From the sequence record SRR2962707_2250: a stretch of 64,000 bases of DNA. The stretch is one strand, 5' to 3'. How positions within the stretch are numbered: position 1 is the first letter of the stretch; each line of letters begins with the position of its first letter. This document shows positions 47,210 through 58,516 of the stretch, one piece after another. Both the position numbers and the translations under genes were made by a program. Under the pieces are notes generated by a model that did not search any database, had not been told where the DNA came from, and worked only from the letters and a program-made list of their open reading frames with translations.

Positions 47210-48703
47210 ATGTCCAAAGATTTTGCCATCATTGATCTATTCGCCGGTCCAGGAGGGTTGAGTGAAGGATTTTCAAGGGCAGGCCGCGACAAGGAAACCC
47301 CAATGAAGACCCATCTCTCAATCGAGATGGATGACCACGCAATTCAAACGTTGCGACTGAGAGCATTCCTGCGGTCCTTTGACCGATTTCCCCAAGAATA
47401 TTATGACGCTATCAATAGTGGTCTTGAGCTTCCTGACTGGGCCGAGCTCTATCCCAACAATTGGAAAGTTGCGGCTAAGGAAGTACGTCAACGTGTTTTG
47501 GGAAGTGACGGTGTATTCAAGGAACTAGCGACCGAACTAGATGACGTACGCGAACGTCATCACGGCGATACTATCTTGATCGGTGGACCTCCCTGCCAAG
47601 CATACTCATTGGTTGGAAGATCGAGAAATCGGGGCAAGGCAGGCTACGTTCCCGAAGATGACGATCGGCACTTTCTTTATCGCGAGTATGTTCGCATTCT
47701 AGACCGGCTTCGCCCTGCGGCCTTTGTGATGGAAAACGTTAAGGGGATGCTATCGAGCCAAATTAATGGCGGTCGGATTTTCAGTAAAGTCCTTGACGAC
47801 CTCGAGGTGGCGGGAGATGGATACCGTTTGTTACCGCTGGCAACTTCAACCCCAATCGACGGCTCCCGAGCATTGGCCAAAGACTTTCTGATACGTTCAG
47901 AAGACTTCGGAGTTCCTCAAGCACGCCATCGAGTTATCATTCTCGGAGTTAGGGTCGATCTCGCTCAACGCCTGAAACTCCACAGCCCACTCCTCGGCGC
48001 TCCACAAAAGCAGGTGCACGTAGGCACCGCAATTGACGGACTTTCACCGCTCCGCAGCGGACTCAGCCGTGGTGATACAACAGAAGCTTGGAAAGCTGCA
48101 GTTCGTGAACAGGCTATACGCATTACCAAAACAGGAAGTATTCCAGAAGAAGTAAGGGACATCGCTCAAAAGGTTTCTTCTGCCACCAACTTGCCTGACG
48201 CAAGGTCAAGTCGCGAGAGGGCGACTGCTGGCGATATACCGAAACATCTCCTCCACTGGTTTGATGATGAGCGGCTTCGGGCAACGCTGCATCACGAGAC
48301 CCGCGGACATATCCCGGAAGATATTGGTCGCTACCTTTTCTCTTCTGCTTTTTCCAACGCGCACTCACGTTCTCCGAAACTGGACGAGTTTCCAGAGTTT
48401 TTGTTGCCAGCTCATAAGAATCGAGATTCTGGACATTTTTCAGACCGTTTCCGAACCCAAGTGAGTGGGCGCCCATCGACCACTGTCACAAGTCACATAT
48501 CCAAGGATGGTCATTATTTTATCCATCCCGATCCCACCCAGTGCCGCTCACTCACCGTAAGGGAGGCTGCGCGCTTGCAAACATTCCCTGACAACTATTT
48601 GTTCTGTGGGCCACGAACCAAACAATATCATCAAGTGGGTAATGCGGTACCACCTTACCTAGCATGGCAAATAGCTAAAGCGGTTTACAAAATTTTGGGA
48701 TAA
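47210..48703 (+). CDS. dcm: DNA (cytosine-5) methyltransferase
   Basis: Motifs I DLFAGPGG, IV GGPPCQ, VI ENVKG, VIII PQARHR, IX REAARLQTFPD and X QVGNAVPP. Confidence 0.95.
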   Translation: MSKDFAIIDLFAGPGGLSEGFSRAGRDKETPMKTHLSIEMDDHAIQTLRLRAFLRSFDRFPQEYYDAINSGLELPDWAELYPNNWKVAAKEVRQRVLGSDGVFKELATELDDVRERHHGDTILIGGPPCQAYSLVGRSRNRGKAGYVPEDDDRHFLYREYVRILDRLRPAAFVMENVKGMLSSQINGGRIFSKVLDDLEVAGDGYRLLPLATSTPIDGSRALAKDFLIRSEDFGVPQARHRVIILGVRVDLAQRLKLHSPLLGAPQKQVHVGTAIDGLSPLRSGLSRGDTTEAWKAAVREQAIRITKTGSIPEEVRDIAQKVSSATNLPDARSSRERATAGDIPKHLLHWFDDERLRATLHHETRGHIPEDIGRYLFSSAFSNAHSRSPKLDEFPEFLLPAHKNRDSGHFSDRFRTQVSGRPSTTVTSHISKDGHYFIHPDPTQCRSLTVREAARLQTFPDNYLFCGPRTKQYHQVGNAVPPYLAWQIAKAVYKILG

Positions 48704-48748
48704 AAAAGGCCTAAATGTTGGCTTGGTCAGATGGGGTGAAAGCGATCT

Positions 48749-50827
48749 CTAACCAAGCGCCTCAACCGGGATGCCATCTTCAGCCAATCGGTCGATAAGA
48801 AGTTTCATCGCATTCCTTTCAGGTCTGGAAAGCGAGATGTTTCCACCGGCCAATTTCGCCAACGCGCTATTGGATTTGTCCGTAAGAAGATGTTTTTCTT
48901 TTGCATTTTTGCGAACGATATCCGCTTTTGCGACAATCGAAAGCAGTACGACATCAAGATCAATCTCGTTATCGATTTTTTTCGTATCGCGCCCGTCTTT
49001 TCTCAAATCTTTTTCTGCATCGACACCGACCAAAACATGTTCAGGGAGATCTGTCACATCGAAGTCAGTTTTTGAAACTGCCTCCCAGCAAGCCTGCATT
49101 TTGCAGTACTCACCTACATTTCGAACGTTGGTGGGGGTACTTCTAATCGCACGAGCCACTTGAGGCGCAAGAGCAACAATGAACTCTTGAAGCTCATCAG
49201 GTACATCCTGCGACGACCAGATGATATCCCAGTTAAGCGATGCCTGCCCAAGGCTCCGTACATTATGAGCAAGCCAAGCCATCGTATAAGCCACAGTCTG
49301 CGACTTGAAACCGCGATCAAGCTGATACCAATCCGATTGCGCGATCATCTTGTCAGTCCACCTGAACAGCAGCGCCATAGAGCACACGTTCTTGAACCAA
49401 GTTTCGTTATAATCAGCCTGATGGGTCTTCCATGACTTCGCCGTTTCGTTGGCGAAATGCATAAAGCATTTCTGCGCACCCTTCGAGACAATGTCAGGTC
49501 GGCGACGGAAAGTGACCAAGTATTTTGCAAGATCCGTTTTGACCATGACTTTAGCCTTGGGAAACTCAACTTGGTACTTTCGTCTTTCCGACTGGCTGGC
49601 ATAAGCCATACCATCTCGATACTGGCCCCGCGCACGCTCGTAGAACCATTTCTCTCCTGAGAGCGCCCCATCCTGAGGCGGAGCTGCGAGAACCCGCGAA
49701 TAGCGTTCCACAAGAAGATGAAATGGGTGATTTGAGAAGAAATCTGCCTCCGAGATACGATTTTGCGTGTTCGCATAACGTGAAATAAGGGGGACTACTT
49801 TTTCAACGGCACTTTCGGGCACAACCGACAACTTCATCTGCACATGAACTTGGTCTAGTGCAGCCTTTCCCACATCCTTTGCATACAGGATTGAAGCCGT
49901 TGTCTGTCCTCCATTCACGATCTGAAGGTCACGAATGGATGAAATGGCGAGCTGACCGTCACCCAGTTCCTTGAGCTCCACCCCGGATGCCGTCGCTGTC
50001 AAACCGTTATTATAAGCGAAAAACATCTCAGGCTCTTCGCGAATCGTCGTAAGAATCCCCTTGTTTACCTTTGTTCTTGCTTGGAGGTAGGTTCTGACAT
50101 TCTGTTCAAGCAAACGTGCCCCATAGAGCCCATAAACTTCGGCCAACAACTCGCCCGGGATCGCCAATAGGTAAGATTCATAATCAGCCGATGAGCGGGA
50201 AGCTCTTAGACAAGGAATTGGACTACCGGAGATTTCTACTAGATCGACCTCGATAGCTTCGGGTGCTGCCCTTGATTTCTGAATGTCAGCATACCTGGCA
50301 ACGTCGAGCACTGTATATACGACACGGACCCCCGCAACGTCTGCCGCCAACTGCGGAGGCTTCCTCGCAACGAGGCGAGCATTGGACAGCAAAATCACAC
50401 GCAACCGTCGGATCGTATGCTGATTCGAATATATCGGATAGGCTGCTGAAAAGGCAGAGCTACTATCTTCGAGCGCGTTGATAAAATCAGGAGAGAGAGC
50501 GTTCTCAAAAAAATTGGTAGCCTGCTTCAATGCAGAATCAATACGTGACGCCTGAAGTGAATGTAGATCCTTTCCTTCCCGGTAGTCACAGACCGCCAAA
50601 TAAAGCGTCCCACGATCCGGATCAAACGCATGGCCATCGACACGATAAGGTCGGGAGCCCCCTTCTTTTCTGCAATGTGCGTACTCAAGATCAATTGTAT
50701 CGCCGTTCTCGCTCGCGGCCTCGGCATATATTTCAAAAAACGCCTCTTCCTGAAACAATCCACTTGCTTCTGCCTCAAGCATTACGTCTTCACGTAGATC
50801 CTCAAACGCCACATCCAGATCATCCAT
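48749..50827 (-). CDS. AIPR family protein (MzaE-like)
   Basis: LLEQNVRTYL, FFAYNNGLT, QIVNGGQTT, YANTQN and WFYERARGQY motifs. Confidence 0.9.
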   Translation of the reverse strand: MDDLDVAFEDLREDVMLEAEASGLFQEEAFFEIYAEAASENGDTIDLEYAHCRKEGGSRPYRVDGHAFDPDRGTLYLAVCDYREGKDLHSLQASRIDSALKQATNFFENALSPDFINALEDSSSAFSAAYPIYSNQHTIRRLRVILLSNARLVARKPPQLAADVAGVRVVYTVLDVARYADIQKSRAAPEAIEVDLVEISGSPIPCLRASRSSADYESYLLAIPGELLAEVYGLYGARLLEQNVRTYLQARTKVNKGILTTIREEPEMFFAYNNGLTATASGVELKELGDGQLAISSIRDLQIVNGGQTTASILYAKDVGKAALDQVHVQMKLSVVPESAVEKVVPLISRYANTQNRISEADFFSNHPFHLLVERYSRVLAAPPQDGALSGEKWFYERARGQYRDGMAYASQSERRKYQVEFPKAKVMVKTDLAKYLVTFRRRPDIVSKGAQKCFMHFANETAKSWKTHQADYNETWFKNVCSMALLFRWTDKMIAQSDWYQLDRGFKSQTVAYTMAWLAHNVRSLGQASLNWDIIWSSQDVPDELQEFIVALAPQVARAIRSTPTNVRNVGEYCKMQACWEAVSKTDFDVTDLPEHVLVGVDAEKDLRKDGRDTKKIDNEIDLDVVLLSIVAKADIVRKNAKEKHLLTDKSNSALAKLAGGNISLSRPERNAMKLLIDRLAEDGIPVEALG

Positions 50828-51806
50828 ATATCAATTTCTCCAAAGTCGAATGCAGGTCTGCTCCGTAAGGCTGACAGTCGGAAACACGAATTCTGTAACG
50901 TACTTGCTCCACCCCGTGCCTAAGTTCGGCGCGCTCTATACGTGGGAAATCACCCCTGATTTCGTAAACAGCTCTGTCAACCAACATCCAGATCTCGTCG
51001 TCGTACTCTTCATGCGGCTCATACCCTGCTTCCAACAGTCCAATGGCAAGAAGATCAGATGCAGTACCTCCAGTAGCTTCAGCAAGGTCAATCAGTTCTT
51101 TCGCAATAGAGTTGAGAGTGCATGCATTAGATGTACCGCTTGGCACTGGAGAAATACCTTGGTTGCAAAGTAATATTTTGCCCTGCACAGGATCCAACTG
51201 ATCCTCAGATGAAATCGAAATCATTCGATCTGCGGTTACGACTTGAGTTTTCACTTCAAAAATCGCTGAAGCAATTACAAAGTCCTGCTCGTGCCCCTCG
51301 TGTCCTGTCCACGCGAGAAGTGCGGGTAAAATTTCCATTCGCGGCAGTAGTTCGTCTCTTAGAAACAGAAGTTCACCGACCAAACCAATTCTCTCGCTCC
51401 GGGTTAGCCGGTTGTCTCGACGCCTCTTCAACATTTCGTGCCAACGATGCAGTTCTTCGAGCGTTTTTAGGAGCCCCTCAGGAGATCGAGATGCCGAAAT
51501 TGCATTGGTTGCGAGCATCAACCCTGTACACATCAGTGAGAAGTTCTGAAGATCCGCATCATCTTGCAGGACAACAACTAGACGCGTTCGGTCATTTGCC
51601 ACACTTTCGAGCTTGATCGACATCCCTTTGACACTAGGAAGAACCGGTCTTTTGTCGTCAGGATTCTCTGTATCAAGCAAGAAAACAAAACGCCCGCGAC
51701 AATCTCGACCGATACGGAAATCAAGTGGATGAGCACTGTCGGCAATGAGAACATTGCGTGCGCCGATTTCGGGTGCAAGGCTGAGAGACCTCCAACGTTC
51801 AAGCAT
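50820..51806 (-). CDS. PD-(D/E)XK nuclease-like protein (DUF4420; MzaD-like)
   Basis: GLVGELLFL, WTG...QDF...FEVKT and ISSEDQL motifs; overlaps both neighbours. Confidence 0.85.
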   Translation of the reverse strand: MLERWRSLSLAPEIGARNVLIADSAHPLDFRIGRDCRGRFVFLLDTENPDDKRPVLPSVKGMSIKLESVANDRTRLVVVLQDDADLQNFSLMCTGLMLATNAISASRSPEGLLKTLEELHRWHEMLKRRRDNRLTRSERIGLVGELLFLRDELLPRMEILPALLAWTGHEGHEQDFVIASAIFEVKTQVVTADRMISISSEDQLDPVQGKILLCNQGISPVPSGTSNACTLNSIAKELIDLAEATGGTASDLLAIGLLEAGYEPHEEYDDEIWMLVDRAVYEIRGDFPRIERAELRHGVEQVRYRIRVSDCQPYGADLHSTLEKLIYG

Positions 51807-54504
51807 CTGGCTCCCCCAACATAGCCTCGGCGTCGTCGTCCTCTTCGAATTCGTACTGATCCCGAAGTTGCGCCAGATAAACTGCGTTAACCTGGTAAGT
51901 ATGCTCTCTTGCCGGCTGCTTAGTCTCTGGCAGACAGAAAGACAACGTTACAGCGACATCACCCACTCTCAGTATATCGTCGGACTGTTCTATGTGATCT
52001 TTATCGTTACGCAGACTAGGTTCGAAGATATGAATGAGCATCAATGGATGTTTACGGACGCTACAGGCCGCACGCTCGTTTTTGTATTCGCCATTGGCTA
52101 CTCGCTGAGTTGCAATCCGTTGTTGGTCTTCATCAAGTTCAATCTCAGCATCTGGTTGATCAGCGACCCTGCTCCTCCCACCATAGACCTTATAGGACCC
52201 ATTTTTTACCAAACCCTTTTCCCGCCTTCTCAGTGAGAGGTTCTGGCCAGCAAGCAATATTGGTTTTCCATCAGTCCGACGCATGGGAATTGCGACATCC
52301 CAAACAGACATTTCGCCCGAAATTCGATCTTGAATGTAGTCCTGAAAAAGAGATGCATCCGAAATCTTGGAGAGATCGGCATGTGCTCCAAAATTGAACC
52401 GGTCGATCAAGTTCAATACTTCTCGACCGTTCACATTGTCCCAAAAAAGATAGCCCTTTGTAGCTACGTTGGGGGCTCCCAACTGCTCCAAGAAAGACGA
52501 CACGGATGCGTAATTTTCAGCACTTTTTTGGGTATCATTTGGCAGTGCATGACCTTCGACATGGCGAGCGGAGTAGTCTTGAGCGACGGTCAGCTTTTCT
52601 GCCGTCCGCATTTTATTGGCAGCTGTCACCCGGATTGCCAAAGGGCTTTGACGAACCTTAAGACCGAAATCCGCCGGTGTACTGTTGGCAGCTTTCATAC
52701 GCTTGACTTCTCTACGAAGCTCCTCGGTGGCCTCATCTACATATTCATAGTGATCGAAGGACATCTTTGGTAGGTACAGGCGGCAAATGTCCTCATAGCT
52801 AGGACGATAACCGAACCAGCGTGCCATCTGCATAAGTGTGTCGCTCGCCCCCACATTTCGGAGGAGATAAGATACGGTCAATCCCTCAAGCGTCAAACCA
52901 CGGGAAAGTGCAAGACCACCAATGGCTATGACGTGAAGGCCGTGTTCCTTGTTGAGGGTATAGTCAAGTACCCCGCCTTGCATATTTACGGTTCGGACTT
53001 CGATGCTCTGGATACCTTCGTTAAGACGTGACAGAACGTCTGACCAATTGTATTTTGTACCCGAGTATTCCCTCTCGAAGCTCTCCTTGAATTCTGCCAT
53101 CGTATCGTCCCGGATATTCTCTGGAATGAGGTTACCATGAACCGAAACCGCGTCCTTAAGTTCGGAAAGGTACGCGTGGGCATGGCCAAGAATTTGTGTC
53201 TGGATAGCATTGAAACGGCTGACGTTGATCATCATCGAACAATGTGCATCGCCCTTACCTTGCAGAACCCTAATTGCACGAGTCAGACAGAAAACCCGGA
53301 TCGCATGCTTCAGGCTTTCGGGTAGATCATTGATCAGATCCCCACTCTTATGCTTAAGCGGCAGCAAAGTGCGATAGTCGTCAACGATCTTGACCATTTC
53401 CGTCCGTAAGTCGCCGTCTTCCCTGAAGACCCTGTGCGAACCGACATAGTTCGAGGGTGGGTCGAGGGCTTTGATGAAGTTTCCAGGAAACAGGTCGTCA
53501 TGCTCCATGTCTTCGCATGATTCAGGATCAATAAAGATATTGGCAAAAGGAGTGGCCGTGTATCCGACGTATGCAGATCGCGGAAAACGGTTCAAAATCT
53601 TCCGAATTGTACCGTTTATCGCCGTCGTGAGCTTGGGGTCCTTAGCAGTATTGATCGATGCATTGTCCGCCTCATCATCGATAAGAAGTAGTGGAAGTTC
53701 GAAACCACCAGTCTGCTCTTGGTCGTCAATCCATTTCTCAAGTCTTTCTAGGACTGACTTGTTCTTCTTGGTCACAAAGATCATCGGTTCTTGGTGGCCA
53801 GTCAGACCAAAATAGATCCCATCCATGCCGGATTTGAAGTCTGAATCTCTCGTCGTTCCAACAGCAGGGATCCTCCTTTCCGTTGCAAATCTCTGGATCG
53901 GTAGAGACTGTTGTGCAGCGGCATTCGCGACCGAAATCTTTCCTATGAACGTCTCGTCCAAGCGTTCCTGCGTCTGTGTTCGCAGCGAATTCGTAATACC
54001 CGCAAGAAGAATGATAACGCGATAGCCAGCGTCCGCCGCCTTGCAAATCAGGGCCGAATAGTTGGTTGTTTTGCCCATCTGCACATTGCCCATCACCATA
54101 CCTCGGACGGCCTGATACGATGGATCAAGTGGGTTACCACAAAGATCGAGGATTTCATCCGTGTCGGAGTCCAGCGTCGCGACGACGTTCGACGGCAGCA
54201 CCCCGGTCTCACGATAGAATTTGCTGAGACGGTTCCAATAGTAGAACTGAAGGTCCGATTTCTTTTTTGAAAGCCACGGCTGGTGCCCCTTCGAAATCAC
54301 TGCACCGCGCCTTTGGGTCACACTGAAACTCGCCTGCAATTCGCGAACGATAAATGCGGTCCCTTCCTCGCCTAGATTAGTGAAAGGCCCTTCACGAACT
54401 ATTTCTTCTATGGCGCCTTCAGGCAATCCCGCACCGCTGGCAAAAAGATCTGCGTATTTCTGTTCGATGTTCAAACGGAAGTAAGCTAGCTCCGCATCAT
54501 GCAT
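51799..54504 (-). CDS. Z1-domain protein with SF2 helicase-like N-terminus (MzaC-like)
   Basis: GNVQMGKT, IDDEAD, YTATPFAN, SMMINVS, LSRGLTLEGL and QMARWFGYR motifs. Confidence 0.9.
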   Translation of the reverse strand: MHDAELAYFRLNIEQKYADLFASGAGLPEGAIEEIVREGPFTNLGEEGTAFIVRELQASFSVTQRRGAVISKGHQPWLSKKKSDLQFYYWNRLSKFYRETGVLPSNVVATLDSDTDEILDLCGNPLDPSYQAVRGMVMGNVQMGKTTNYSALICKAADAGYRVIILLAGITNSLRTQTQERLDETFIGKISVANAAAQQSLPIQRFATERRIPAVGTTRDSDFKSGMDGIYFGLTGHQEPMIFVTKKNKSVLERLEKWIDDQEQTGGFELPLLLIDDEADNASINTAKDPKLTTAINGTIRKILNRFPRSAYVGYTATPFANIFIDPESCEDMEHDDLFPGNFIKALDPPSNYVGSHRVFREDGDLRTEMVKIVDDYRTLLPLKHKSGDLINDLPESLKHAIRVFCLTRAIRVLQGKGDAHCSMMINVSRFNAIQTQILGHAHAYLSELKDAVSVHGNLIPENIRDDTMAEFKESFEREYSGTKYNWSDVLSRLNEGIQSIEVRTVNMQGGVLDYTLNKEHGLHVIAIGGLALSRGLTLEGLTVSYLLRNVGASDTLMQMARWFGYRPSYEDICRLYLPKMSFDHYEYVDEATEELRREVKRMKAANSTPADFGLKVRQSPLAIRVTAANKMRTAEKLTVAQDYSARHVEGHALPNDTQKSAENYASVSSFLEQLGAPNVATKGYLFWDNVNGREVLNLIDRFNFGAHADLSKISDASLFQDYIQDRISGEMSVWDVAIPMRRTDGKPILLAGQNLSLRRREKGLVKNGSYKVYGGRSRVADQPDAEIELDEDQQRIATQRVANGEYKNERAACSVRKHPLMLIHIFEPSLRNDKDHIEQSDDILRVGDVAVTLSFCLPETKQPAREHTYQVNAVYLAQLRDQYEFEEDDDAEAMLGEPDA

Positions 54505-55999
54505 TCGTCCACCACCCTTTTGACTTCAGATGTTCCTCAATGACCGCCGTTTGCCCGGCCCAAGGCTCGGTTACTTGCAGCAGATCCCATAACTTCTCGA
54601 ATGATCCTTCAGCATGCGCCAGAAGTGATGGCAAGGCCGCTTCGAGACGTTCGATAAAAGCATCCCGATCAAGCGCGCTCTGATTCATCATTTCAGGTCT
54701 GACCGAGAAGTCTTCGCCAATACTAACTGCCGGAAAACAATCCTCAATGACGGCAAGCGCTGCCCCGAACGACTGAGCGACTTCAGAGTCCTCATACTCA
54801 AGCATCTGCGCAATTAGCGGATGCTCGCGATTCAGATAATATCGAACCTCACCGTTACGGACATACTTTGCCCATACGGGAGTTTTACCATCGGTAGGCT
54901 TGATCCGACCTCCGCGCGATTGAAACACTTTTCCAGACTGGCTTTTGAGCCCCTTTACGATTTCTTTCAGCCGTGATCGCAATCCAGATGGCAGTTGGGC
55001 TTCAGACTTATCCACCGTTATCTTCCAAATTGCGTCGAGGCTATTGGGAATACTCACGGCTATCCTGACCAACTGAGACAACTCACCATGACGCACCAGC
55101 CGAAACCAAGTGCCATGCATTATCAGGCGATGCTGCCTATAGATGTAGAAACCCTGGTTCCGGACGAAGCCTTCCTCACCGCCCAATCTCTCATGGTCAA
55201 GTGACGAAATCTTCGAGAAATGCGGAAGGATGAAGGCCTGAACATTGAACGGTTTACCTTCCAGTGCGAGATGCTCGACTGGACCTTCCTGTGTTGCCAA
55301 ATGATCACGCAAGAACGGATCGACAGGAGCAAGCAGCCCACCATTGAACGAGATCTTCAACTTTCTGAGGCCGAACTCCCCGGCAATATAGCGGTGAAAC
55401 GTAAGTGCCAATTCAGACTTGGCGTGCGCGACTATCTCGTTGAAACCCTTGCTGCTAACCCTTCCGAACTCGGAAAGGCGGTCGCATTTGGTCCATATGA
55501 CTTCAGTTCCATCACGTTCAAGAAGCTTGCTAGTCGCAATTTTTTCAATTTCACAGGGCTCCAGTATCGCCATTTTCCAGTCTGTAAGATCATCGAGATC
55601 CCAGCTTGCACCAGAAAGAACCCCTTTCTTCCTCGTCAGAACAGTCAAATGCCTGCATTGGGAAAACGACGCAGACTTCATGCCCCAACCAAAGCGCCCC
55701 AAGTCGTCGTCAGCGCGCTCATCATCGGGATTTGCACTTGCAGGCCGCATGGCATCACAAAGTTCCTCTTCGCTCAGACCATGGCCGTCGTCAAGAATTC
55801 GGACTTCCGGCTCACCATCGCAACGGACACAGAGAATATCGATAGAGCGTGCCTTGGCCTTGATGCTATTGTCCAGCAGGTCAGCAAGTGCACTTGGCAA
55901 GTCGTAGTTTCCAAAGCTCCGCGCAGACGTCATAAGCGCAGACGCATCAGGTGGATTATTTGTGTACTTCACCAAGCGTTGAAACCCTATCCAGAACAT
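54497..55999 (-). CDS. GHKL/MORC-type ATPase (HATPase_c_3; MzaB-like)
   Basis: ALADLLDNSI, DDGHG, DLGRFGWGMKSASFSQ, GT and QGFYIYR motifs; alternative GTG start at 55972. Confidence 0.9.
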   Translation of the reverse strand: MFWIGFQRLVKYTNNPPDASALMTSARSFGNYDLPSALADLLDNSIKAKARSIDILCVRCDGEPEVRILDDGHGLSEEELCDAMRPASANPDDERADDDLGRFGWGMKSASFSQCRHLTVLTRKKGVLSGASWDLDDLTDWKMAILEPCEIEKIATSKLLERDGTEVIWTKCDRLSEFGRVSSKGFNEIVAHAKSELALTFHRYIAGEFGLRKLKISFNGGLLAPVDPFLRDHLATQEGPVEHLALEGKPFNVQAFILPHFSKISSLDHERLGGEEGFVRNQGFYIYRQHRLIMHGTWFRLVRHGELSQLVRIAVSIPNSLDAIWKITVDKSEAQLPSGLRSRLKEIVKGLKSQSGKVFQSRGGRIKPTDGKTPVWAKYVRNGEVRYYLNREHPLIAQMLEYEDSEVAQSFGAALAVIEDCFPAVSIGEDFSVRPEMMNQSALDRDAFIERLEAALPSLLAHAEGSFEKLWDLLQVTEPWAGQTAVIEEHLKSKGWWTNA

Positions 56000-56205
56000 C
56001 TCCTCCTAATATAGTGACCATCTTTTTTTTCTAACGTAAATGGTTATTTCTGAGATTCTCAAGAAGAATGGAAAAGTTAAAGCGCCACAAAGCCTTGATT
56101 TCGCTCAGCACTCATAAAAGAGCATACTTGCGGAGTCGGTCATTTCCAGCTAGATTCAAATTTGGTAAGAGATCTTGCTGGACTTCGCGTCCTGTAAGTT
56201 TCAAT

Positions 56206-56234
56206 AAAGGCCCGCCCGGCAAAGGCGGGCCTTT
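56206..56234. terminator. Intrinsic terminator directly after rep
   Basis: AAAGGCCCGCC-CGGCAAA-GGCGGGCCTTT. Confidence 0.75.
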
Positions 56235-57239
56235 TTATGTGATGATCTTCATTTTGTCCTCCATAGTCATGTGACGATGCTTTCTGCGTCTTAAGCGATC
56301 CTTGGTTGGCGTCTTTACAAAGAACGCCTGCTTATGCTCTTCGGGATCAATGTGTTCTAGAATCATCCCCTCATCTGTCAGCTTTACGGCGTTTGGACCA
56401 AAGGCTGTTGAGGCAGTCTTAAGGACTGGCGCGTATCGGTTTCTAAACCTTCCCGGCGTTTCGTTGTATCCAAAGAAATTAATCAGCTCGTCCCATCCAA
56501 CAAACTCTCTTTTGTTCTCGGAAACCTGCGGCAGCCGGTAAGAAAGAAACATCAAGAGATCAATGGCAAAAGACGACCCTGCAAGGCATTTCAAGATTTC
56601 TGTCGGGATTGGAACGGAATCAGTTAAAAACCCCATGTAGGCTTGCTCGGTCAGTGTTATTGAGGCTGGCCATCTCATCTTCGCGGGATGGCCATTCAAA
56701 AAGTGGTGAATGTCACTCTCTGCGAAGGTGGCGCCTTCAATGATGCCCTGGCTATTGAAGATGCTTATGGTTTGATTTTCGGTGTTGGCATGACTCAAAC
56801 TAAAGTGACAAAGCGTTAGGCGGAGTATCTGCTCTTTTAGCTGAGAAAGTGTGTATCCACTTACGGACAACCCCATCGAGGCAACCCAGTCGCGTATTAC
56901 GGGAATTTCGATGTTCCGATCGCCAAATCTTCTACTGGGATCCTTAGCCTGTGCAGAAAGCCAAATAAGAAAGAGCCTCGCCTTCGAGCCATATGGGATC
57001 CCAAAATATTGAGGGCTTTCAACACCGCCAATCGTAAGATCAAGAGCTAAAGGTGTCACTGTGAGGCTCAGATTAGCTATTCTCCTATCGAACGAAGCAG
57101 TGTTCTTGGCAGCGCTTTTGTGTGGCAGGCCCGCAATTAAAAAGGTGCTATGGGAGCTTAGAACAGCGTTACCTAATCTGCGATCAGTACTCGCCTGAAG
57201 ATTGCCACTGATCAGATCAAAACGCTTTGGAGTGATCAC
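56235..57239 (-). CDS. repA: Plasmid-type replication initiator (RepA_C/IncW-RepA-like)
   Basis: AGLPH, GIPYGSKARLFLIWL, LKEQILRL, WPASITL, SFAIDL..FLSYRL and W..L..FFG motifs; GTG start with GAGG RBS. Confidence 0.75.
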   Translation of the reverse strand: MITPKRFDLISGNLQASTDRRLGNAVLSSHSTFLIAGLPHKSAAKNTASFDRRIANLSLTVTPLALDLTIGGVESPQYFGIPYGSKARLFLIWLSAQAKDPSRRFGDRNIEIPVIRDWVASMGLSVSGYTLSQLKEQILRLTLCHFSLSHANTENQTISIFNSQGIIEGATFAESDIHHFLNGHPAKMRWPASITLTEQAYMGFLTDSVPIPTEILKCLAGSSFAIDLLMFLSYRLPQVSENKREFVGWDELINFFGYNETPGRFRNRYAPVLKTASTAFGPNAVKLTDEGMILEHIDPEEHKQAFFVKTPTKDRLRRRKHRHMTMEDKMKIIT

Positions 57240-58516
57240 TTTGCACCTCTACTAATCACATAATTTACGCTCGATTTTTACCATGATCGATTTGCCGTGC
57301 CAGCCAAGTTCTTATTGTTTCGACCCTGCGGTTCTACGCTTGGAGAAATGATTGAATGGATGATTTTCTCAAACATCAGCTCACCTCACAAATCGACCGT
57401 TCACATTCCCCAAACAGCCTCACCCCAACTGCAAGCAGTTAATATTAGGCCGAATTTAGAGCGACACAACCGCATCAGTACTCGCCACCGACCAAGCTAT
57501 CGCCAGACCTCTCTAGGAAGCGGTCTCTGAAACTCGACATTTCAAAAACCAAGATTCCAGAAAAATCACCGAATTTTATTACTAAGATCTTGGGGGTGAG
57601 GGCGCAATACCGCAAAGTTGTTGCAAAGTCAGAAAACAACAGGCCGATTTTGGCGATTTTGGACCTTCAAATGCGTAGACCTTGGTGGCCTCTACCTGCA
57701 TTCCAGAATCATTACTCGTTGTCGAACACGTCTTGGAACCACCAAACCCAGCGAACTAGTTGAGAAACTTTTTGCCCTTGGGTCTGAAAAATGCCGAACC
57801 GCAATGATCAAAAAATCGCATAATGGTACATTTCCGGTTTGCCGTGGAAAACACCAAAAACCCTTTTACCCTAGCATCCTTGGCTACACTGATTCGAAGG
57901 GTTTTCATCAACAACCGTCAGATTAAAAACTGGCTTCAAGGTACACTTCAACGACAAGACAGAGCACGCCGTACCCGTTACAGATCTGAAGTGGCAATCA
58001 CGCTAGAAACCACGATAGATTACACAAAGCCATTTAGTCAGCTTGATATATTCATGTCGATTTTCGTGCTCTAATGGCTCGCTGGTAGAGTGCCACAAAA
58101 ACAATAATTCTCCTGCTGCAGTGTTTCGGTTTGGGCATCAGGATACGTGTTGCCAACTATCTAGCGCTGCCGGAATTGTACTTTACTCGGCCCTGCACAC
58201 GTTATCCGAAACGTACCTTTTAACAGTTAGCCGTCTAGGCCATCACTCGCAATTTCTCCACAAGCAGTACAACTCCGTTTCAGAAACGAAAGATGAATTC
58301 TGATTAGAAAACTTCAATTTCTTCTGTCAAATTTTCACGTATGCAGCCTGAATTGAGCAAATTCAAGAACATGGCTGAAAAGCAAAATCGATCTAAAAAT
58401 ATTCTCAATTTTTCTACTTCATGCCCATGTACCGGGACAAGATGAAGTAACGATATTTCAATGACTTATAAAAAAATCAATCAATTCAATCTTGCTAAAT
58501 ACAGGTGTAAATTATT

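Noticed and set aside
57297-58303. Four short plus-strand ORFs between rep and the iterons
   Set aside because: No recognisable motifs or convincing RBS. They may be gene debris or non-coding origin/oriT DNA; BLASTX is needed to decide.
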